Origin: Ignicoccus pacificus DSM 13166
GTDB taxonomy: Archaea > Thermoproteota > Thermoprotei_A > Sulfolobales > Ignicoccaceae
Assembly (NCBI GenBank): GCA_025340205.1
Contig: CP006868.1
Coordinates: 480,001 to 512,000, forward strand
Direction of reading: 5' to 3'
DNA: 32,000 nucleotides
The notes under the pieces are model-generated. The model had not been told where the DNA came from, did not search any database, and saw only the letters and a program-made list of their open reading frames with translations. Every line of letters starts with the position of its first letter. The first letter of the stretch is position 1. Positions 6,698-14,136 of this stretch are shown here, in pieces. A program made the translations under genes and the position numbers.

Positions 6698-8152
6698 ATG
6701 TACAGAGTGAGGCTAGCGGAGCGAGCGGAGTTCTTGAGAAAGCTGAGGGAGGAGAGCATAGACACTCCCGACTACGAGGTAATAGATTCGCCCAAGCCCG
6801 AGCTGTACAAGTTCATCTTCCCCTTCAAGAGCGCTCCTAGGATATTCTTCGATGGAATAATACTACCAGTAGAGGTGCCCAAGGAGATATGGATAACCGA
6901 CACTACCTTCAGAGACGGCCAGCAAGCCAGGGAGCCCTACACGGTGGAGCAAATAGTTACGCTCTACAAGTTCCTCCACAGGCTCGGTGGAGAGAACTGC
7001 AGAATCCTGACCAGCGAGTTCTTCCTATATACCGAAAAGGACAGGGAGGCCGTCAGGAGGGTCAAGGCCCTAGGCTACAGATGTCCCAAAGTAACCGCTT
7101 GGATAAGGGCGAACAAGGAGGAGCTTAGGCTAGTCAAGGAGGCTGGAATAGAGGAGACCGGAATACTCTCGTCCATAAGCGACTACCACATCTACTACAA
7201 GTTCAGGAGCAGCAGGAGGAAGGTCGTGGAGAAGTACTTGAGCGTGGTAGAAGAGGCACTGAAGATGGGAATAGTACCAAGGGTGCACTTGGAGGACATA
7301 ACGAGGGCTAACATATTCGAGGTAGTAGTGCCTTTCGTGAAGAAGTTGATGAAGCTCAGCGAGAAGTATGGGTTACCGGTAAAGGTGAGGTATCCCGACA
7401 CCTTGGGAGTGGGAGTTCCCATACCGGAGGCCATGCTTCCGAGGAGCATTCCAAAGCTCACTTGGGTTCTGAGGCACGTAGCCGGGGTTCCCAGCGAGTG
7501 GTTGGAGTTCCACGGTCACAACGACTTCCACTTGGGAGTTGCCAACGCCACCAGCGCTTGGCTCTACGGGGCTTCTCTAAACAATGGAACGCTCCTAGGA
7601 ATAGGGGAGAGGGCCGGAAACGTTCCCATAGAGGCCTTGGTCTTCATGTATGCTCAGATCAAGCACTCCTTTGACGGAATGAACCCCAAGGTGATAACCG
7701 AGATAGCGAAGTACTACAGAGACGAGCTGGGCTACGAGGTGCCTCCATACTATCCGATCGTGGGAAGAAACTTCGCCACCACTAGGGCTGGAATACATGC
7801 AGACGGCCTCCTCAAGAATCCCGAGACCTACTTGCCCTTCGACACCGAGGGAATCCTAGGAGTGAAGCCCGGAATAGCGATAACCCCTTACGCCGGCTTG
7901 GCCGGAATAGCCTACTGGATAAACAAGACGTTTGACCTAAAGGGCGATGAAGTAATAAACAAGAAGGATCCAAGGGTGCAGAAGATCTACGAAGATGTGA
8001 TGAAGCAGTTCGAGCATGGCAGGCTTACTGCCTTGAGCGACGCCGAGATGCTAAACTTAGTAGCGAAGCACATGCCGGAGCTCGTGGAGAAGTACTGGGA
8101 TAGGTTGCCAGAGGACCTGAGGATAAAGTTCTTGGAAGCGAAGAAGAAGTAG
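6698..8152 (+). CDS. HMGL-like (DRE-TIM) Claisen-condensing enzyme of the LeuA/CimA/NifV/Re-citrate synthase family
   Basis: WITDTTFRDGQQA near residue 65 and HGHNDFHLGVANATSA are the metal-binding motifs of 2-isopropylmalate/homocitrate synthase-type enzymes. There is a ~60-aa N-terminal extension. Confidence 0.85.
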   Translation: MYRVRLAERAEFLRKLREESIDTPDYEVIDSPKPELYKFIFPFKSAPRIFFDGIILPVEVPKEIWITDTTFRDGQQAREPYTVEQIVTLYKFLHRLGGENCRILTSEFFLYTEKDREAVRRVKALGYRCPKVTAWIRANKEELRLVKEAGIEETGILSSISDYHIYYKFRSSRRKVVEKYLSVVEEALKMGIVPRVHLEDITRANIFEVVVPFVKKLMKLSEKYGLPVKVRYPDTLGVGVPIPEAMLPRSIPKLTWVLRHVAGVPSEWLEFHGHNDFHLGVANATSAWLYGASLNNGTLLGIGERAGNVPIEALVFMYAQIKHSFDGMNPKVITEIAKYYRDELGYEVPPYYPIVGRNFATTRAGIHADGLLKNPETYLPFDTEGILGVKPGIAITPYAGLAGIAYWINKTFDLKGDEVINKKDPRVQKIYEDVMKQFEHGRLTALSDAEMLNLVAKHMPELVEKYWDRLPEDLRIKFLEAKKK

Positions 8153-8157
8153 CTCTT

Positions 8158-8400
8158 TTACGATGTAAGTTCCTCGTGACGCGTTCTCTGGGTCTCATAC
8201 ATGCTCTTAAATACCAAGACGTTGCCGACCTTTTCAAACCTTGATTCAAATAAAGTCTTGGAGAGCTTCATGAGCTTTATTAGATCCTCCTCTCTCCTCC
8301 TCTTTCCGCCATGCCTTGTTCTTTCCGGAAAGGTAACGATGACCGGCTTCTTTACCCACCTTCTCTTCAGCTCTTCTATCTTGATAACCTTCTGAGCCAT
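8158..8400 (-). CDS. Small basic protein (80 aa) overlapping the 3' end of the nucleotidyltransferase gene
   Basis: ORF with an HGGKRRREED basic patch and a 25-nt overlap with the upstream gene. No motif recognised. Confidence 0.4.
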   Translation of the reverse strand: MAQKVIKIEELKRRWVKKPVIVTFPERTRHGGKRRREEDLIKLMKLSKTLFESRFEKVGNVLVFKSMYETQRTRHEELTS

Positions 8401-8963
8401 CTTCTCACTTCTTCCAGCTTATCTTCAACTAGTTCCTTTTTAGCTAACCTCTCAAGTATTTCCCAATCAAGATGATCTGACCACGCGTAAGCGAGCATCA
8501 GAGCCTTATCCCTATCCTCGGTGCTGTTCCAATACTTCCAAGCTGCTAGGTACCTTACTAACAACCTTTCGGGACGCTCTACATAGAGCTTCCCGCAAGG
8601 CGTCTCTATAATTAGACATTCCTCTACTTCAGAAGGAAGTAAGTCTATTGCCTTGAGTAAGCCTTGAAATATCCACTCCCTTCCTCCTCTTTCCGCTATC
8701 TCATTAAGTGCTTCTTCCAATAAGTCTGCAACACTCGGATTGTCCAGTTTTACATCTATGTCAGCAGTCCTGTAAGACGCTCCAGTATAAAGTTCCACTG
8801 CAAACCCTCCAGTTACTTGTAGCCTTGTTCCTAACTTCTCTAAGACCTCATTGAGACAAGCCAAGAAGCACGCGACTCTTTCGGTTTCATCACTAAAATC
8901 TTTGGACTTTCTCAGACATTCTGATATTGCGTATCTTAATAGTTCTTTCATTTTCTTATCCAA
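8376..8963 (-). CDS. Pol-beta-superfamily nucleotidyltransferase-fold protein (DUF2204/DUF6036/AbiEii-like, tentative)
   Basis: VTGGFAVELYTGASYRTADIDV fits the hG[GS]-x9-13-Dh[DE]h signature. The C-terminal half is helical. Confidence 0.6.
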   Translation of the reverse strand: MDKKMKELLRYAISECLRKSKDFSDETERVACFLACLNEVLEKLGTRLQVTGGFAVELYTGASYRTADIDVKLDNPSVADLLEEALNEIAERGGREWIFQGLLKAIDLLPSEVEECLIIETPCGKLYVERPERLLVRYLAAWKYWNSTEDRDKALMLAYAWSDHLDWEILERLAKKELVEDKLEEVRRWLRRLSR

Positions 8964-9260
8964 ATTTGTTATCCCTATTAGGAATTCTACCAGTTAGAGT
9001 TAATCCCTAAGTCTCATTTTGAATCCCATTTCATCACAAAGACTAAGAGACTTAAGATGAAAATGTAGTTGCAATAAAACTCGGTACTTTGGACACCTAT
9101 GTAAAGTATTAATAGAGAAAGAGAATGAAACCGATATACTCCTAGAAATATCAAGGCTTTCTGAGAGATGCTGTAAGATAGGAAGCGAGGGTAGAAGGAC
9201 CGTTTAGCTTGGAGAGCTTCATTAGGAAGCGAATATCCGATCCTCACTCTTAGTATTTTT

Positions 9261-9497
9261 CTATGATATCTTGAAAGATATTAATGCGCTCATTATATAT
9301 GATATCATACTTACTATTGCATTTATGTCAATCAAATTTCTTGGTTTAAAGTGCTGGAGATAACTATCGTGTAAGAATTGAGCAATTTCATATGATCTAG
9401 TATCGTCGCTTAATTTGGACTCCAATATACATTCTGAAAGTTCGACGACTACCGCGTTCTTAATGTCCAAAAGGTGTTTTTGATGTTTTGTACCCAA
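9261..9497 (-). CDS. Hypothetical small protein (78 aa) in the AT-rich island
   Basis: ORF only; the composition is plausible for a protein. No motif. Confidence 0.3.
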   Translation of the reverse strand: MGTKHQKHLLDIKNAVVVELSECILESKLSDDTRSYEIAQFLHDSYLQHFKPRNLIDINAIVSMISYIMSALISFKIS

Positions 9498-9516
9498 GCT
9501 CGAGAGCTACCTAGGA

Positions 9517-9750
9517 GTGAGGCCTTATTGGAGAGCTATTGTGCACTCCGCAATAGCTTCGATCCTTAGTGTTTATCGAGAACGCTTCAAGCTAAACAAC
9601 TTAGAAATCACTTTTTCACTTGCTATGCTGCTTGAGTGTAATGAAGAGGTTGCTGAGAAGTTCGTTGAGTTGCTTATGGAGTTCCAGAGGAGGAAGAGTG
9701 AGGGTAAGAGGAACGAGTTGTTGAGGGTAAGTGGAGTGCTCAAGGGATAG
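9517..9750 (+). CDS. Hypothetical small protein (77 aa) in the AT-rich island
   Basis: ORF only, with a helical K/E-rich C-terminus. No motif. Confidence 0.3.
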   Translation: MRPYWRAIVHSAIASILSVYRERFKLNNLEITFSLAMLLECNEEVAEKFVELLMEFQRRKSEGKRNELLRVSGVLKG

Positions 9751-9799
9751 TTTCGATGAGCTCTGCTTTTTGATTATCTCGAAGGAGCTAGAGGACATT

Positions 9800-9875
9800 G
9801 GCGGGCGGGGGTGATGAGAAGTCCCTCGGGAGATGGGTGATCGACGGATGACACTCTGATCCCGACCCGCCCGCC
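9800..9875 (+). ncRNA. Candidate C/D-box sRNA (2'-O-methylation guide) closed by a 10-bp G+C clamp
   Basis: Layout: GGCGGGCGGG-G, C box GTGATGA (9811-9817), 12 nt, GAGA (D'-like), TGG, GTGATCG (C'-like), 12 nt, D box CTGA (9856-9859), TCCCGA-CCCGCCCGCC. It is a G+C-rich islet in an AT-rich intergenic region. Confidence 0.5.
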
Positions 9876-9910
9876 TTCGTGAGAAGGAAGGGAAAGAGGG
9901 TTAATTAACT

Positions 9911-10189
9911 TCAGATCTTCCTACATCCAGCTAAACATTGTTGGTATTCTTTAGTGCAGTTGGAAGTACACTCGTTATAACAAGCGTGATAGCGTGTGTT
10001 ATCGACGAAGAAGATTATACTGTGCTTCTCGGCGCAGTAGCTTCTACACTCTTCTTTACATATCTTGAACCTTTCCTCGCACTTGTTTATGCAAGCAGCA
10101 ACCACAGCGTCTCCAGCTACTATTCCGAACTTTTCCTCCGGCACCTTTCTTTCCCTCGCTAATAACCTTTCTTTCCCGAGCGTATACAC
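9911..10189 (-). CDS. Small cysteine-rich protein (92 aa, 10 Cys in CX3C arrays)
   Basis: Cys at residues 33, 37, 44, 48, 52 and 70, 74, 78, 85, 89. The spacings are 3,6,3,3 and then the mirror 3,3,6,3. Confidence 0.5.
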   Translation of the reverse strand: MYTLGKERLLARERKVPEEKFGIVAGDAVVAACINKCEERFKICKEECRSYCAEKHSIIFFVDNTRYHACYNECTSNCTKEYQQCLAGCRKI

Positions 10190-10316
10190 TTAGTAATTTG
10201 AATTTGTACGAAGGAACGCATCGAGGTGTCTGCATTAACCTGAGCAGTGCTATACGCTTTCACTCTCACGTCGCACCTACGCAACCAAAAGGATAATTGA
10301 TTTCAGTGTAAATTTC

Positions 10317-10538
10317 TCAACGTAACTTCTTCATTAATTCCCATGATAAACTATACACATATATTAGAGACCACTTTTCCAAGGGACTAGAAATAAGTTC
10401 AAAAACATACAACAAGTACAATGAAAGATCATAGGCATCATAGATTCGATATTCTATGGTTCGGTTAGAAACCGAAGGACTGACAAACACATGGGTTGTA
10501 CTCTTGCTTTTATCAAGCGCCTTCGCTAGCTCTTCCAC
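10317..10538 (-). pseudogene. Possible N-terminally truncated remnant of a winged-helix regulator gene
   Basis: VEELAKALDKSKSTTHVFV resembles the recognition-helix region LTEIAKALNTSKSVVWKHV of the 10858-11202 regulator. A stop lies just upstream in frame, and the rest of the ORF is aromatic-rich and low-complexity. Confidence 0.3.
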
Positions 10539-10752
10539 CGTGAAACGTTCGAGAGCTTAACGGACTAGCTTGACCCTACCCCAGTCCTCAGGCTCCTTAG
10601 CGAACCTCAGTACATGGAGTTGATATGGTTCGTGCGACTGACGGAGGGTTCGAGAAAGGAACCTCCAGGGCTTCCTGAGGTCTGGACTGTGTGGAGTGAA
10701 CGTCTATAGAAGTCGGAGGAGTTGATTGAGGATGCGTTAGGACCCGGTAAGG

Positions 10753-10829
10753 TGGAGCCGCCGCCGGGGTTCGAACCCGGGACCTCCGCCTTACCAGGGC
10801 GGCGCTCTGCCAGGCTGAGCTACGGCGGC
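10753..10829 (-). tRNA. tRNA-Thr (anticodon GGU), CCA encoded
   Basis: The reverse complement folds as GCCGCCG-TA-GCTC-AGCCTGGCA-GAGC-G-CCGCC-CTGGTAA-GGCGG-AGGTC-CCGGG-TTCGAAC-CCCGG-CGGCGGC-T-CCA. All four stems are Watson-Crick paired. Confidence 0.95.
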
Positions 10830-10857
10830 TCTCCGTGTCATGGGAAGAGCACTCAGA

Positions 10858-10863
10858 TTATAA
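10858..10863 (-). promoter_or_regulatory. TATA-like box (TTATAA) for tRNA-Thr
   Basis: Centred about 31 nt upstream of the tRNA 5' end at 10829. It overlaps the stop codon of the upstream wHTH gene. Confidence 0.4.
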
Positions 10864-11202
10864 GCTTTCCCCTTCGGATTCCGATCCCTCTACGCCCTCT
10901 CTAGCACATCTCGAGACGGCTTCCAAGAGCTCAGCGTATTTCAAGAGCTCCTTCAATCCCTTTGGAGTTATCTTGACCACCATCTGAGGATGAGCCCCTA
11001 AGGTGTACCTGACGCTGACCAGCTCCTTTTCCTTCATCTCCTTTACGTGCTTCCATACTACCGACTTAGAGGTGTTGAGAGCCTTAGCTATCTCAGTTAG
11101 CTTCGCCTCTCCCACAGTACCCAAGTACAGCAGCACCGCTAATTTCATAGTGTTGAGCTTGCTCTTACCCAGTACCTTGGCTACCTCCTTGCAGTCAAGC
11201 AT
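10858..11202 (-). CDS. Winged-helix transcriptional regulator (ArsR/MarR-like)
   Basis: LYLGTVGEAKLTEIAKALNTSKSVVWKHVKEMKEKELV is a typical HTH plus wing. The C-terminal tail is acidic. Confidence 0.75.
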   Translation of the reverse strand: MLDCKEVAKVLGKSKLNTMKLAVLLYLGTVGEAKLTEIAKALNTSKSVVWKHVKEMKEKELVSVRYTLGAHPQMVVKITPKGLKELLKYAELLEAVSRCAREGVEGSESEGESL

Positions 11203-11801
11203 TTCCTAACACCTACCAGTGCGAGGCCTAATATCGCTAGTACGTCGCTGGCCGTCATGGTGGCGAACACGTGGATTGGCGAGGGAGCGGTGACGTAAAG
11301 CTCTACCAAGGCATATGGTATGGACGCTAAGGTCAGCGCGACGGCGGCGAAAGCAAAGCAATAGGGTACGATAAACCATGCATAGATGCCCGCCGTTACT
11401 ACTATTAGAGATGCTACCCCCAAATAGATCGCGTAGCTTGGAGTTACGTTTGCCCAATAGAGCAGAATGGTGGCTAGCGCTGCTAAGCTTACTACGAGTT
11501 CCGTTCTTCCCCTCTCGTTGCACTCTAAGCTCTTCGCTGCAATTGCCCCCAAATACATCATTCCCTTCACTCCCCTACCGCTCTCTACCCCCAGCCTAGC
11601 TAGAGCTATTATCAGTATCCTGACTATTATGTAAGGTAAAGCTAGATACTTCAAAGGTATAGCGATCGATAGAGGTAGGAATATTATATTTATTATAGAA
11701 AGCACTGCTATGAACGAGATCCAGTAGACCGCTACCGTGTTGCACAAGTGCGCTAACTCTAATGTCTTTATCGAACCCCTTAGAGGGTCACTCTCCCTCA
11801 T
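11181..11801 (-). CDS. Polytopic membrane protein (~6 TM), unknown function
   Basis: Six long hydrophobic segments. The 3' end overlaps the wHTH gene by 22 nt. Confidence 0.65.
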   Translation of the reverse strand: MRESDPLRGSIKTLELAHLCNTVAVYWISFIAVLSIINIIFLPLSIAIPLKYLALPYIIVRILIIALARLGVESGRGVKGMMYLGAIAAKSLECNERGRTELVVSLAALATILLYWANVTPSYAIYLGVASLIVVTAGIYAWFIVPYCFAFAAVALTLASIPYALVELYVTAPSPIHVFATMTASDVLAILGLALVGVRKCLTARR

Positions 11802-11874
11802 GATTACTTTCTCCAGAAAAACCGAACCCGCTCGTGTATAAAGCTAGCTCACTTCACCTCAGCAGGGTAGTGAC

Positions 11875-14136
11875 TTGAAGAGAAGAGGTTTCAGCGCTTA
11901 TCTCTCAAGGGCTGAGGAGCTGATCTCCGAACCCAAGGTAGCGATACCTATCCTCGTCGCCGTAGTACTCATCGCCTTCTACATAAGGCTATCTCCCTAC
12001 TTCATGTACTCCCACTACGGCATCTGGCTCCAATACGACGACAGCATGTTTGAGTATTGGCTCTCCAAGGTGCTCTATCAACACGGCATAACTTACTGGT
12101 ACCAGCTCACCCCTCAGAACACTAGACACTTGTGGTGGTGGCCGGAGGGAAGGGACATAACGAGGACAGAGTTCCCCGGGCTAGGCTTCACCGGAGCGAT
12201 GCTGTACCCGATAGCTAAGCTCTTCGGATTGAGGATGGTCGATTGGGTCGGCATAATTCCGGCCTTCTACGGAATGCTTACCGTCATTGTAACCGCAATA
12301 CTTGGATGGGTAATAGGAGGTCCTATACTATCAATCTTGATGGCAATAGCGGTCGCCTTCCAGTACGCCTTCCTACAGAGAAGCATTGCCAGCTTCGTCG
12401 AGAAGATGTCACCAACAACCTTCTTCTCAACGATATATCTGATAACCTTCGCCCTAACTATCAAGAAGTACGTAAAGAGCAAGGAGCCAGAGAAGTACGC
12501 CTTGCTCATGGGATTCATAGGAGGCATCGCCTTAGCCATGTCCTCCGCCTTCTGGGGAGGCTTTCTGGCGTTCATAGGAGTGGTGATAATAGGAATAGCC
12601 CTGTTCCCGTTCATCAAGGGAGATGCTGAGATCTCGAAGGTAATGGTAATGTTTGCCATAGGGACCGTAATAGGTTACTTAGCCTCTTCTTGGTGGATAA
12701 CCACCGTATGGAAGAGGAAGCTCGGAATAGCTACCACCCTCCTCTTATCGGCGCTGGTTGTTGAAAGCGGGGTTCAGTACTTCGTGCTTAAGCGCTTCAA
12801 GGACGGAGTGAAGATATGGGGATACATCAACATAGCTATAATCGCTATACTACTGCTCCTCGCTCACACCACCCACATATTGCACCAAATCCTCTCGCCG
12901 AGGTACCTCTTCATGATAATGCCTTGGCTTAGACACGCCGCCAGCCCTCTAGAGAGAAGCGTTGCCGAGCACCAAGGAATTCTACAAGTGATCAATCCCA
13001 ACAGCTTCCCGAGCGTCTTCGGAGTAGGAGTACTGGCTCCTCTATCTCTACTGATCGCCTTGATGTATCTACTCAAGAAGGAGAAACAAGAGGTCCTCCT
13101 AATGACCATGCCTCTGATAGCCATGGCCCTGTTCGCCACTTACCTAGTTCTCGCCGACACCTCGGTGTACTTGACCACACTGCTCGGATTCATGTTAGCG
13201 GTTGGAGGCGCCTTAACGGTCTACTGGCTCTTAGAGGACTTCCCAAGACTAAATGCATTTGAGAAGCTGTTTGCCGGAATAGTATTGCTAATAGCCTTGG
13301 TGCTCTACGTATCAGGATCGATAGCTGGAATAAACTTCGCCGTTCACTATCCCCCTCCGAGCTACCTCTCAGCGGGAACGGCTCTCTACACCCCGCTCTA
13401 CCCAGATACAATGCACTTCATAAAGAATCATTGCAAATTCGTTCTGGCTTGGTGGGACTACGGCTACATGATAGGAACCGTAGCTAACGCTACCACCGTG
13501 GTGGATCCAGCTACCTTAAGCATGTGGAAGATTTCAAAGGTAGCGCTGGCTTTGACCGGAACTGAGGAAGACTTGGTGAAGGTGGCTAAACTCTTCAAGC
13601 TTCCAGCTAACGAGACTTGTGTCTTCGCCTACGAGGTCTTCCCGTACGTTCCCAATACCAAGACGATACTGGGGATACCTCAAGTTGGAGACTTCGCCAA
13701 GTCGGTGTGGATGCTGAGGATAAGGGGACTCAACGACAGTCAGATCTATGGACATTACATAATGTACTTGGTTAGCGGAGAGCTGGCTAACGGTCAAGTG
13801 GCGAGCGTGCTAGTCCCTTCACCTCAGTCCATAAGGGTTGTAGGAAACGCCATAGAGGTCAGGACGCTTAACGGGAGGCTCCTCCTCTTCGCCAGAATCC
13901 TACAAATAGTTCCGGTGGTGAACATAAACAAGGCTCTCCTCTACAAGATGATATACTACGGAGTGGTAAGCTCCGGCTATCACTTCCAGGAGCCGGGCCT
14001 TCCGGTACCTAAGCACGTAGAGTTCAAGCACTTGAAGTTACTCAAGGCGTTCATAGAAAAACTATACATACCGAATACAAACAAGGCAATACCAAACATA
14101 AGGGCAGTAAGCGTGGTCTACCTCTACACTGGCTAA
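11875..14136 (+). CDS. aglB: Archaeal oligosaccharyltransferase AglB (STT3 family)
   Basis: It has the WWDYGY motif (VLAWWDYGYMIG), a multi-TM N-terminal ~470 aa and a soluble C-terminal domain. TTG start with GTGTATAAAGC about 35 nt upstream. Confidence 0.9.
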   Translation: MKRRGFSAYLSRAEELISEPKVAIPILVAVVLIAFYIRLSPYFMYSHYGIWLQYDDSMFEYWLSKVLYQHGITYWYQLTPQNTRHLWWWPEGRDITRTEFPGLGFTGAMLYPIAKLFGLRMVDWVGIIPAFYGMLTVIVTAILGWVIGGPILSILMAIAVAFQYAFLQRSIASFVEKMSPTTFFSTIYLITFALTIKKYVKSKEPEKYALLMGFIGGIALAMSSAFWGGFLAFIGVVIIGIALFPFIKGDAEISKVMVMFAIGTVIGYLASSWWITTVWKRKLGIATTLLLSALVVESGVQYFVLKRFKDGVKIWGYINIAIIAILLLLAHTTHILHQILSPRYLFMIMPWLRHAASPLERSVAEHQGILQVINPNSFPSVFGVGVLAPLSLLIALMYLLKKEKQEVLLMTMPLIAMALFATYLVLADTSVYLTTLLGFMLAVGGALTVYWLLEDFPRLNAFEKLFAGIVLLIALVLYVSGSIAGINFAVHYPPPSYLSAGTALYTPLYPDTMHFIKNHCKFVLAWWDYGYMIGTVANATTVVDPATLSMWKISKVALALTGTEEDLVKVAKLFKLPANETCVFAYEVFPYVPNTKTILGIPQVGDFAKSVWMLRIRGLNDSQIYGHYIMYLVSGELANGQVASVLVPSPQSIRVVGNAIEVRTLNGRLLLFARILQIVPVVNINKALLYKMIYYGVVSSGYHFQEPGLPVPKHVEFKHLKLLKAFIEKLYIPNTNKAIPNIRAVSVVYLYTG

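Noticed and set aside
2665-6700. A CRISPR array or further cas genes near the Cas3''-like HD gene
   Set aside because: I found no regularly spaced 24-40-nt direct repeats here or elsewhere in the window. No neighbouring ORF shows Cas1, Cas2, Cas5/7 or Cas3-helicase motifs.
9014-9247. 77-aa minus-strand ORF in the AT-rich island
   Set aside because: Its hydrophobic, aromatic-rich, low-complexity translation is typical of AT-rich non-coding sequence. No start context or motif, so I did not call it.
10636-10670. T-arm-like GGTTCGAGAAAGGAACCTCC as a duplicated att copy of tRNA-Thr
   Set aside because: Only about 14 of 20 positions match the tRNA-Thr T arm. The acceptor/CCA part is missing, so it is insufficient to call an att repeat.
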